Shown: positions 16,538-24,597 of the stretch, in pieces | Position numbering within the stretch: position 1 is the first letter of the stretch | How the letters are laid out: each line of letters begins with the position of its first letter | Virus record (IMG/VR): IMGVR_UViG_3300031787_000332 | Coordinates: 1-39,052 of that record | Origin: a virus | Taxonomy: Duplodnaviria; Caudoviricetes | Length of the DNA stretch: 39,052 nt | Strand: one strand, 5' to 3' | Made by a program: the position numbers and the translations under genes | The notes under the pieces: model-generated | The model's input: only the letters and a program-made list of their open reading frames with translations | The model's database searches: none | Told to the model about the DNA's origin: nothing

Positions 16538-18328
16538 TTATTGACCAAATGTTGCACCAGTTGGAAGAATGTTGAAGTCAAGTTGAATGAATTCAGCAGT
16601 CTTGGTTGGCTGTAGATAAATTGTACCAACTAATTGGTTACGATCTACTACATCTGGAGTGTTATTAGATTCGTCCATTACAACTTGGAAGGCATATAGA
16701 CCTTGACGCTGTTGTACAGACTCAAGATAAGGATTAACTTGGCTCAAGAAGCGGTTACGAGTTACTTGAGTATTTGGCTCGAACACAATCTGCTCACCTA
16801 GCTGACCGATATATGACTTAAGAGCAATCAATAGACGGCGTACATTTACACGATCAAGTGCAGATGGCTTCTGTTGAAGTGTCTTCTGACCATAGATAAC
16901 TGTACCAACGCCTGGGAAAGTAGCGATTGGGTTAACCTTTCCTTGATAAAGAACATTACGATCGTTTACACCAATCTTTCTTTCTGGCTGAAGTACTGTA
17001 GAAAGAGCTCCACGGTTAAGACCTGCTGGTGCAAACCATTCTGCAGATACACGGTCGTTATATTCGTAAATAGCAGGTACTAGTGTAGAAGCTGGAACGA
17101 AGTTAACTTTACCAGTTTCACGGCTACGGATTTGTACCCATGGCCAATAAGTAGCTCCATATGAGTTATCATAAGATACGGCTTCATTAATTACAGCGTT
17201 GATTGCTGAACCGTATCCAACCATATCAATTACAGCGATATTATCACCACGACCTTGAGCTACAAGTAGAATGCTGGATACTTGAGAAGTCGCATTCTTG
17301 CTAGTCAAACCTGGTGCATAAATAACATTAAAGTCATATGCATCAGTATTTTCAAGAAGGTTGATAGCAACGTTGTAGTCAGCTGGGTGTATACCTTGAA
17401 TGTTAGTTGCTGGATTAGTAACAGTAGAAGCCACATTTGGAATAGCTTCAAACATATTCATAGCGGCTTTTCCAAAAGAACCATAGATAGCACCAGTAGC
17501 ACCACCAAAAGAACCATTATAAGAACCAGACCATGCTGATCCAGAAGGATTAGGCATAGATGCAGTATATACTACTTGAGCTACGCCTAATTGATTAAAG
17601 TATCCTGGAGTTGGCTGATTAACAGATTTAACTCTCACATACATACTGTTGTTCTGATAAGAACCGGTAGTTTGTAAGTAGTAATCGCCTGTTGAATCTT
17701 GACGAATAGTTTGAGTTTGATCTCCTATTACGTAAGCGATATAGTTATTTTGATTAGGATCTAAAGATAGACCTGTCCATGTTTCAAGAATAGTTTGACT
17801 ATTTGTATAGTCGTCACCACGACGAATAACAAGACTAAACACTCCAGAACCAGTGTCTACACCAGTGATTTCCCAACGAACGTTGGCAGCAGAACCAGAA
17901 GGAAGTGATCCTCTAGAACCAGATGCAAAAGGAGAAGTAGATCCAGAAGCAAAGTTGTTCATGATCTCTCCTACAGACAATGTTTCTAGAACAAAAGAAG
18001 GCTGTCCATTAATAGCTGGTACAGATGCAGTTGCTGGTGTATAAGAACCTGAAGCTACACGAGTAACTAACAAAGATTCTCCACCTTGCTCAAAATAATT
18101 AAGAGCTGCAATAGAAGTTAGATATTCGTAATTAGTACCTCCAGAAACGAAAGCAGCACCAAATTTGGCTTTGTATTCAGAGTATGAAGTTACTAACGTA
18201 GGAATATTAACTGGACCAACTACTGTAGGACCTATAAGAGCAGCTCCAGCTGCTACCGGCCCTTGGGTTATTTGTGATAGATCGTTTTCACTTAAGAAAA
18301 CTCCTGGGCTAAGAAGTGTTTCGGCCAT
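16538..18328 (-). CDS. Contractile tail sheath protein (T4 gp18-like)
   Basis: 596 aa; SPGV...E.D N-terminus, YWPW, WFAPAG..RG, VNPIATFPG.G....GQKTL, RVNVRRLL, FEPN, P.KTAEFI motifs. Confidence 0.95.
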   Translation of the reverse strand: MAETLLSPGVFLSENDLSQITQGPVAAGAALIGPTVVGPVNIPTLVTSYSEYKAKFGAAFVSGGTNYEYLTSIAALNYFEQGGESLLVTRVASGSYTPATASVPAINGQPSFVLETLSVGEIMNNFASGSTSPFASGSRGSLPSGSAANVRWEITGVDTGSGVFSLVIRRGDDYTNSQTILETWTGLSLDPNQNNYIAYVIGDQTQTIRQDSTGDYYLQTTGSYQNNSMYVRVKSVNQPTPGYFNQLGVAQVVYTASMPNPSGSAWSGSYNGSFGGATGAIYGSFGKAAMNMFEAIPNVASTVTNPATNIQGIHPADYNVAINLLENTDAYDFNVIYAPGLTSKNATSQVSSILLVAQGRGDNIAVIDMVGYGSAINAVINEAVSYDNSYGATYWPWVQIRSRETGKVNFVPASTLVPAIYEYNDRVSAEWFAPAGLNRGALSTVLQPERKIGVNDRNVLYQGKVNPIATFPGVGTVIYGQKTLQQKPSALDRVNVRRLLIALKSYIGQLGEQIVFEPNTQVTRNRFLSQVNPYLESVQQRQGLYAFQVVMDESNNTPDVVDRNQLVGTIYLQPTKTAEFIQLDFNILPTGATFGQ

Positions 18329-18348
18329 TTATATGATTTTTATCTAGT

Positions 18349-18357
18349 AATAAATAT
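18349..18357 (-). promoter_or_regulatory. ATATTTAT(A/T) late-promoter-like motif
   Basis: ATATTTATT upstream of the sheath ATG at 18328. Confidence 0.6.
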
Positions 18358-18377
18358 CAAAACTTTTTTGAAACACT

Positions 18378-18614
18378 TTATTGAAATTCTCCTGTTTCGA
18401 TATTTATGGAGACGTTTCCATATTTTTCTTTAAGTTCTTCTAGAATTTTAGCTTCACGCTCTTTAATGTCCTTGATTTTTTTCTTCTCTTCGTCGATTAA
18501 AAGATCAATAGTTATTCTTTGATAACTAAGCTCTCCTACGGTTGATGCAACTTCTAGAGCATCTTTCTTTAACAACTGTACTAGTTGTAGTTCGGTGTCT
18601 GTTAATTTACCCAT
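18378..18614 (-). CDS. Small coiled-coil hypothetical protein
   Basis: 78 aa; heptad-like charged helix ending KYG..SINIETGEF; promoter motif upstream. Confidence 0.75.
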   Translation of the reverse strand: MGKLTDTELQLVQLLKKDALEVASTVGELSYQRITIDLLIDEEKKKIKDIKEREAKILEELKEKYGNVSINIETGEFQ

Positions 18615-18629
18615 AACGTTGTGTTTGAT

Positions 18630-18638
18630 TATAAATAT
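18630..18638 (-). promoter_or_regulatory. ATATTTAT(A/T) late-promoter-like motif
   Basis: ATATTTATA upstream of the ATG at 18614. Confidence 0.6.
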
Positions 18639-18640
18639 GT

Positions 18641-18670
18641 AAAATGGCCCTCTATTTAAAGAGAGCCATT
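18641..18670 (-). terminator. Stem-loop, probable terminator after the 18702-19160 gene
   Basis: Minus strand AATGGCTCTCT-TTAAAT-AGAGGGCCATT (11 bp, one G-U that pairs only on this strand), short U-tract. Confidence 0.65.
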
Positions 18671-18701
18671 ATTGTTTATATTAAAAACAAAAAGTCAATT
18701 A

Positions 18702-19160
18702 TTAGTCTAGTTTAACTAGTTTATAAAATTGAGGATAGTTGAACTCGGTATAAAGCCCTTCTAGGTCTTCTTTAGTAAAAGGCTCAAACTCAAACTCTTT
18801 CTCCTCTTGTAAGATTTGTTGAAACTCTTGTTGGAACTCCAAGAACTTAGGATTGTTTTCTCTAGAAACAACTTCACCGGCGTCATTAGTCTGGACGTTG
18901 ATAAACGGAGTTATTACAGATGCACCATCTTCTTGCTTATCACCATGCTTGTCAACTAATTCACTTCTTTTAGCATTGTTAGCCTCTACTTCTACATTTA
19001 CTTTGTTGAGCAGCTCAGCTACCTTCATCTTTGTAGTAAGCTTAGTAGTTTCGTTGATAATGCCTCTAATAATAAGCTGGTTGGCTTGTTGATTAAAAGC
19101 ACCGTTGATCTCTGTCTGTAGACTGTAGAAGTCTATAAGTTTAAGTGTAACTTTTTCCAT
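18702..19160 (-). CDS. Hypothetical helical protein
   Basis: 152-aa ORF with ATG start in the same strand cluster; no confident family. Confidence 0.75.
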   Translation of the reverse strand: MEKVTLKLIDFYSLQTEINGAFNQQANQLIIRGIINETTKLTTKMKVAELLNKVNVEVEANNAKRSELVDKHGDKQEDGASVITPFINVQTNDAGEVVSRENNPKFLEFQQEFQQILQEEKEFEFEPFTKEDLEGLYTEFNYPQFYKLVKLD

Positions 19161-19174
19161 GTATTGTGTTATTA

Positions 19175-19375
19175 TTATTTTGTTGCTTTCTTTTTAGTGG
19201 TAGCTTTCTTAGCTTTCTTTACCACCTCTTTTACTTCCTCTTTAATCTCTTCAACCTTGTCTTCAACCACATCAGGAATGTTGTTTTTGTTGTCGTCTTT
19301 TACTTTACCTTTCTTCATTAAAATAATAGCCGTTACAATTGCAACAACTACTAAAGAGATAATTACTAGTGTCAT
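19175..19375 (-). CDS. Small single-pass membrane protein
   Basis: 66 aa; N-terminal hydrophobic helix, then D-x-N-x-N-N-I-P-D and a Lys/Ala-rich tail. Confidence 0.75.
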   Translation of the reverse strand: MTLVIISLVVVAIVTAIILMKKGKVKDDNKNNIPDVVEDKVEEIKEEVKEVVKKAKKATTKKKATK

Positions 19376-19391
19376 GATTAGGGTGTTTATT

Positions 19392-19400
19392 TATAAATAT
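19392..19400 (-). promoter_or_regulatory. ATATTTAT(A/T) late-promoter-like motif
   Basis: ATATTTATA upstream of the ATG at 19375. Confidence 0.6.
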
Positions 19401-19420
19401 ACAGAAATCTATCAAAAGCG

Positions 19421-19633
19421 CTAATCCTTCTTGAGACCGTACTTGATCCAACGATACCATATCCTTTCATGGATATAATATTGTATAGGCTTATATACTA
19501 ATTCAGCCACTCCAAATGCAGCTCCTATCTTAACAGACCCAGTTACTAGCCACATGATTAAGAACCCGATTAAGGTACTGACTACACGGTAGCTGATTGT
19601 CTTGGCAATGTGCCTTTTCTTTTCTACTATCAT
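19421..19633 (-). CDS. DUF2061-like small membrane protein
   Basis: RHIAKTISYRVVST...two hydrophobic segments...YYIHERIW..IKYG matches the DUF2061 pattern; start moved to the ATG at 19633, which makes an ATGA overlap with the upstream stop. Confidence 0.8.
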   Translation of the reverse strand: MIVEKKRHIAKTISYRVVSTLIGFLIMWLVTGSVKIGAAFGVAELVYKPIQYYIHERIWYRWIKYGLKKD

Positions 19634-19863
19634 CTTACTATTACTACGTCTCCTTTCCAAATAATTTCGTTTGCCTGGCAGCTGATATGGTGCTTATCTA
19701 CTTTTTCACGTCTTATTGAATCGTAGACTGTATCGCGTGTTGTGTAAGTCGGGATTTCAAACAACACGCTTGCACACGTGTATTCCATTCCATCGATCAA
19801 GATCCTCCAGAATTTATGGTTGTCTTCACACTTAGTATTCCACCTAACTTTAACGTCTATCAT
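19630..19863 (-). CDS. Hypothetical protein in the sulfation operon
   Basis: 77 aa; ATGA overlaps at both ends; 3 Cys and 3 His including KHHISC. Confidence 0.7.
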   Translation of the reverse strand: MIDVKVRWNTKCEDNHKFWRILIDGMEYTCASVLFEIPTYTTRDTVYDSIRREKVDKHHISCQANEIIWKGDVVIVR

Positions 19864-20246
19864 AACTTGCCTTCCTGTTTCATTTGTTCACGAATCTTAG
19901 TAGCAGATATATCATGAATCTCTTGAGGAGGTACGTGCTCAATTACATCGTAGCCAACTCCTCGGCCAATATTAACTGACTCTATGTCTGGTATCTTCAT
20001 AATTTTAACATGGCCTTGTTCAATGAGATCTTTTAATGAGTCAGCTAAGTTTAGTAGAATTTGATCTGCTGTCCAAGGATTAGACTCACTTACAGGAACA
20101 TCACGAACACATAACAATACTTTCTTATCTTCATTTAGTGCTTGATCAATCAACCAACGATGGCCATCATGCCAAGGCTGCCAACGACCAATAAACATTG
20201 CGTAGGTGCCTGACTTACTCGGAGCTTTTGCTAATATGTTCTTCAT
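19860..20246 (-). CDS. Small HIGH-superfamily nucleotidyltransferase (cytidylyl/adenylyltransferase-like; candidate minimal ATP sulfurylase)
   Basis: 128 aa; FIGRWQPWHDGH (HxGH) and ISATKIR motifs; overlaps the APS kinase gene. Confidence 0.8.
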   Translation of the reverse strand: MKNILAKAPSKSGTYAMFIGRWQPWHDGHRWLIDQALNEDKKVLLCVRDVPVSESNPWTADQILLNLADSLKDLIEQGHVKIMKIPDIESVNIGRGVGYDVIEHVPPQEIHDISATKIREQMKQEGKL

Positions 20247-20670
20247 GAATATAAACTTTTATTGCTTCAATGCACTGGTTAATCGTCAATTCTGACGTAT
20301 TCAAATGTAATACTTCTTCATCAATTGGCTCTTCAAAATCTTTTAAGTGAAATTCTTCTCTGCCTCTTATACCAGTATAAGTAAGATATACCCACTTAAC
20401 ATCTTGAGTTAGATCATTTAAATATTGTCTTGCCTCTTTAAAAGGATATACTAAAGATAGAATAATATCGTCTCCTGATATACTATGCATATAATGAGCT
20501 ACATCTGAAGCACGGTTTAAATTCTTGATTCTACCTTGTCTAGAATAGTCGTTGTTCTTGAATATACGACGAAGTTCATCTCCATCTATATTATAACCTC
20601 GATCTTCGATTAGTCTGTTAGCAAGAGTGGACTTTCCACAATTAGGCTGGCCAAATAATACTATAATCAT
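20215..20670 (-). CDS. cysC: Adenylylsulfate (APS) kinase, compact form
   Basis: 151 aa; P-loop GQPNCGKST, IDGDELR, DYSRQGRIKNL.R, SLVYP, FEEP motifs. Confidence 0.8.
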   Translation of the reverse strand: MIIVLFGQPNCGKSTLANRLIEDRGYNIDGDELRRIFKNNDYSRQGRIKNLNRASDVAHYMHSISGDDIILSLVYPFKEARQYLNDLTQDVKWVYLTYTGIRGREEFHLKDFEEPIDEEVLHLNTSELTINQCIEAIKVYIHEEHISKSSE

Positions 20671-21620
20671 ATGTTCTTAAAAATTGTGTTAATGTCAAAC
20701 ATCTCTTCAAAGGTATTGTAAGGACATTCATGGACAATGCCATCGAAAGAAAAGTCAAATATATAAGAGTCAATCATCTTGCTTGATCCTGTAGGTGACT
20801 TTGCTATTACATTCTTATGGAACTTATAGCCAAAGTTTGTTGGTGATGTTCCAATCCATAGTACTGTAGAAGGAAGTCCCATTGCGGCTGCTGCGTGTTG
20901 AAGAGAAGAATCAATCAACACTCTCTTTTCAGATACAGCTAAGACTGAAAACAGTTCATAATTACTGAGCTGTTGTGTTACATGCTCTACGTTAGGTATT
21001 AAAGGAGCAGACGGTCTTGCTACTTGTATAATATGATATTGGCTTCGATACTTGTCTGCAATTTTAAGTGCAATTTCATAAGGCATGTCTCTAGTCCATG
21101 CATAAGACAGTTCATTATTATATGGTCCACCATTTGTATGTATAACCATAACAGGCCTTTCTCTTTGCCATCCATTCATAACCATCTTTTGCACCACGTT
21201 AGGATATATTTGTGGTGTTTGATTGTTATATTTGATGTCTAGTAGATCACACCAATTCTCAATCAGATGCTTCTTACGCATAATATGATCTGATTGGAAG
21301 TAGGGTTCATGCCTAAATACAATAGTGTCTTTGCCATTAATATAGTCATCATAGAAATAAGACGTCATACCCACTCTATATACTCTATAGATGTCAGGGT
21401 TATTAAGAAAGACTTCAGGATAAGAAACCACCATGATAAGCTTCCTATCCTTGTATCTTTCTCTTACATCTTTTACTAGTGCTGTTGCGGCAACGTTTTT
21501 TCCTAGTCCACCTTCAATATGCCAAACGACATACTTGGTGCTGTTGTTTGTTTTATCTGCCAAAACTGTAAATTTTTCTTGCTTTTGTAAATCTGATTCT
21601 GTTTGATATCCAACGTTCAT
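20667..21620 (-). CDS. GT-B glycosyltransferase, GT9 (heptosyltransferase)-like
   Basis: 317 aa; N-terminal GGLGK, YPEVFLNNP; C-terminal IDSSLQHAAAAMGLPSTVLW GT9 signature. Confidence 0.75.
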   Translation of the reverse strand: MNVGYQTESDLQKQEKFTVLADKTNNSTKYVVWHIEGGLGKNVAATALVKDVRERYKDRKLIMVVSYPEVFLNNPDIYRVYRVGMTSYFYDDYINGKDTIVFRHEPYFQSDHIMRKKHLIENWCDLLDIKYNNQTPQIYPNVVQKMVMNGWQRERPVMVIHTNGGPYNNELSYAWTRDMPYEIALKIADKYRSQYHIIQVARPSAPLIPNVEHVTQQLSNYELFSVLAVSEKRVLIDSSLQHAAAAMGLPSTVLWIGTSPTNFGYKFHKNVIAKSPTGSSKMIDSYIFDFSFDGIVHECPYNTFEEMFDINTIFKNI

Positions 21621-21623
21621 AAC

Positions 21624-22445
21624 TTATATTTTGTAGCCAAAATCATTGAAGAACCAACGATAGTTGTCTTCTAGTATTCTGCATGCATTAGGACCTAAAA
21701 CCTCTCTAAAATCATCACGAACTGGTTTGAGTTGACCTCTGATAATATGGTCTCCAAATATACCATACCACTTATCGTCTTCATGAGTTACTTGTTCTAT
21801 GTTCTTGAAGTCGTGTTTAAAATAAGGTATCTCTAAATACTCATAGATTCTTTTTAGCTGTGCTTCTGGATTTAAGCAAAGCTCTTCAAACTTAACAAAT
21901 AGAATATGTCGATGTGTGCCTGCTACAAGTGTTTGATACATTCTATCCATAGCAGGACCTATCGGTGGATTATTAGACCACACAATCATACGTTTATCGG
22001 TAGTTGTGCCAGTGAGATCTCCCCAGTTAGCAATATTAGTCTCGACTAGTGGATTGTTACGATACTTCTTTTCTAGTGATGCATAGATAGCTCTAATGTC
22101 TCTGATCATACAAATGATCTTAGGATTAGGATCGTAGGCGTTAATGAATTCACGCTCCATACCCCAGCCTCTAGACTTCTCTACTACGTATGGTTTGTCT
22201 GTAATGTTATTGTAAAAGCCATAAAGACCATTTTTCAAAAAGCCTTTAAAGCCTTGCTCCATTAGTTTTAAATCTTGAGCCTTCCACTCTATGCCGTTTG
22301 AGAACATAGTACGACACGTAGTCATCATCTCAAACATGCCAGATGTTGGTGTCGTGTGTATATCAGGATTTTGCCCTAATATGTTTTGAATTAGTGTGGA
22401 TCCAGCTCTAGGAAGAGAGCTGTTGTAGAATATTTTCTTAGGCAT
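21624..22445 (-). CDS. PAPS-dependent sulfotransferase
   Basis: 273 aa; 5'-PSB loop SLPRAGST, 3'-PB region RDIRAIYAS, KFEELCLNP...IYEYL. Confidence 0.85.
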   Translation of the reverse strand: MPKKIFYNSSLPRAGSTLIQNILGQNPDIHTTPTSGMFEMMTTCRTMFSNGIEWKAQDLKLMEQGFKGFLKNGLYGFYNNITDKPYVVEKSRGWGMEREFINAYDPNPKIICMIRDIRAIYASLEKKYRNNPLVETNIANWGDLTGTTTDKRMIVWSNNPPIGPAMDRMYQTLVAGTHRHILFVKFEELCLNPEAQLKRIYEYLEIPYFKHDFKNIEQVTHEDDKWYGIFGDHIIRGQLKPVRDDFREVLGPNACRILEDNYRWFFNDFGYKI

Positions 22446-22487
22446 AACATTATTTTACGAAAACAGATTACTTAACAGAGGTTCAGA

Positions 22488-22832
22488 TTAGAATCCGAAC
22501 ATATTAGCACTACCAGATACAACTTGAGTAACAGTAGTACCTTGAGCAAGTGCGATAGCATCTAGGATAACAGAATCATCTTCTCCCCAGGTAGCGATTG
22601 TAGAACCAGAAAGTACTACGTTGTCAGAGTGAATAACATCAAACTTTACGACACTACCACTATTAAAAGTGCAGTTACCGTAAGATACACGGAAGTTAAC
22701 TTGGTTAGCACCTAAAGGATAGTTATTAGCAACCGCAGTCATATAAGAACCTGTGATAAACTCAGGAGACGGGTTAAATAACGTATCTTGAGTTGCCATG
22801 CTAATTACTGGACTAATTTTACCGAAGATCAT
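22488..22832 (-). CDS. Hypothetical protein, probably virion structural
   Basis: Start moved to the ATG at 22832 (MIFGKISP) because the promoter motif lies inside the longer ORF; beta-rich; carries ITGS, NSGS, LSGS, VSGS. Confidence 0.65.
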   Translation of the reverse strand: MIFGKISPVISMATQDTLFNPSPEFITGSYMTAVANNYPLGANQVNFRVSYGNCTFNSGSVVKFDVIHSDNVVLSGSTIATWGEDDSVILDAIALAQGTTVTQVVSGSANMFGF

Positions 22833-22853
22833 GATGTTTGAGTTTTCTTTATT

Positions 22854-22862
22854 AATAAATAT
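22854..22862 (-). promoter_or_regulatory. ATATTTAT(A/T) late-promoter-like motif
   Basis: ATATTTATT upstream of the ATG at 22832. Confidence 0.55.
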
Positions 22863-22880
22863 CAAAACTTTTTAAAGAGG

Positions 22881-23684
22881 TTAGGCTAATAAAAAGCTAT
22901 TTAATGAAGTGTCTAGATATGTATCGGCAGCTTCTTGGCCCCACTTAGAAATAAAACGTTCTCTATACTCTTGGTCTCTTTGGATAGATTCTTGCTCAGA
23001 TTCTCCACCTTTCCAAGTAGACCTTCCCATGAAGTGCAGAACGTAAGACTTTGGAGATACTTTTGTTTGGTAACCTCTCATCTTAGATCTTAGTCTATAG
23101 TCTACGTCTTCACCTCCACCTCGACCAAAAGTTTCATCAAAAAGGCCTACATTTGAACTAACTAAATAAGGTAAATAAAAGCAGTAAAAAGGAATAAGTT
23201 TTGGTTGATTAAATTGTAAGTTTTGACTAGTGATCTTTATAGCTATGGCTTCTAATTCGTCTTCGTTTCCTAAGTACTGTGATAGATCCATCAAGAATGA
23301 CGTTTCAAACTTGTCGGTTCGCTCTGTGATATTTTGATTGCACATAGGAAGCATAATGGTATCAGACGTTATTAGAGGCTCTAACCAGTTAGATGTAAAG
23401 ATAATGTCATTACTCATTAAGACAAAATCTGCCTCGTCTTGGATAGCGGCAGAAAGCACCATGTTTATGTTCTGAGAGAATGATTTAGGTGTTGTGTTCT
23501 TTAATAGTAACATACTATAGGTCTCGGTCTCTATACTATTATCATTGTCTACTAAAACAAACTTATCGATAGGCCTAAGTTTAGTGTGTTTATTGAAGCT
23601 CTCAATTGCTTTATAAGTGTACTCTTGTGATTTTTTACTACTCATCATGCAAAAGTACCTTGGTCTATCTTTACCTACTTGCAT
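22881..23684 (-). CDS. Glycosyltransferase, GT2 family
   Basis: 267 aa; VLVDN, SFSQNIN, LMSNDI, VGLFDE.F..GGGEDVDY..R...GY, V.H motifs. Confidence 0.85.
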   Translation of the reverse strand: MQVGKDRPRYFCMMSSKKSQEYTYKAIESFNKHTKLRPIDKFVLVDNDNSIETETYSMLLLKNTTPKSFSQNINMVLSAAIQDEADFVLMSNDIIFTSNWLEPLITSDTIMLPMCNQNITERTDKFETSFLMDLSQYLGNEDELEAIAIKITSQNLQFNQPKLIPFYCFYLPYLVSSNVGLFDETFGRGGGEDVDYRLRSKMRGYQTKVSPKSYVLHFMGRSTWKGGESEQESIQRDQEYRERFISKWGQEAADTYLDTSLNSFLLA

Positions 23685-24597
23685 TTGACTTTTCTTCTAG
23701 TGAGTTTAAAAAGGTTGTCCACTCTGTTATTCTTTGATCCCAGCTCCATCTTGGAGCGTAGGTTTGTTTTTGTAGTTCTAATACTGTGTCTAATTGAGAT
23801 GTCTTAATTAGATCAATCTCTTCAGCTAGTATCTTGGAAAACACTTCTGCATGCTTGTCCTTATTCATCAAGTAAGGGTACATCCTAGCCCAACCTTCCG
23901 TAGTTTCAGGAAGTGCTCCTATGTTAGACGTAACTACTCTGAGCCCTGCTGACAAGGCTTCTATCACAGCTATACAAGACGTTTCTTCAAACGTATTAGG
24001 ATAGGCTAATATATCAAATGTATGAAGTTCTTTACGTAGCTGATCGTTAGGAATTGAGCCTCTATACACAACATTAGGAAGTTCTGAGCACTTGTCATAC
24101 AATTGTTGATAATGTTGTTCTGTAGAGTCTGCAAAGTCTGGTCCGTATATTTTACAGCTAGAGAAAATGTGTAGTTCTGCGTCTTTTGGTTTAAGTAATT
24201 CCCAAGCTTGTAGGAGTACATCTAAACCTCTCCAAGGAGTAGACATATAGCATAGTCTAACTTTATCTCTAGGGCCAGCTTGTCTTTCACTTACACCTAA
24301 GCAAGCATTCTTGATTACATGAGTCTTATAGCCAGGTATATTAAAGATCTGTCTATACTTTTCAGCTTGCCAATGACTAACAAAGACAAAATGATCAATC
24401 ATGTCTATGTCATTTGGGTTACTCAACCATTGTACACCTTGCTGATCATAGCTAAGTTGATTCCAGTATACGGTAGTTTTATTAAAGTCAGCTTGACCAA
24501 TATAGTTGAATATAGACAAATGGTCGTACTTACTACCGACTCTATTCATCAACTCATTGTACATTAACTCGGTTCCACCTAGAGGTTTATCAAACAT
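23671..24597 (-). CDS. Glycosyltransferase, GT4 family
   Basis: 308 aa; GGTE N-terminus, FVSHWQ, STPWRGLDVLL, EETSCIAVIEA (E-x7-E), GALPET. Confidence 0.9.
   Translation of the reverse strand: MFDKPLGGTELMYNELMNRVGSKYDHLSIFNYIGQADFNKTTVYWNQLSYDQQGVQWLSNPNDIDMIDHFVFVSHWQAEKYRQIFNIPGYKTHVIKNACLGVSERQAGPRDKVRLCYMSTPWRGLDVLLQAWELLKPKDAELHIFSSCKIYGPDFADSTEQHYQQLYDKCSELPNVVYRGSIPNDQLRKELHTFDILAYPNTFEETSCIAVIEALSAGLRVVTSNIGALPETTEGWARMYPYLMNKDKHAEVFSKILAEEIDLIKTSQLDTVLELQKQTYAPRWSWDQRITEWTTFLNSLEEKSNASR

Noticed and set aside
9231-18328. Bacterial extracellular contractile injection system or tailocin instead of a phage
   Set aside because: Linked gp32-like SSB, RecA/UvsX, PolA-like, exonuclease and homing endonuclease genes and a phage-type promoter motif indicate a phage genome.
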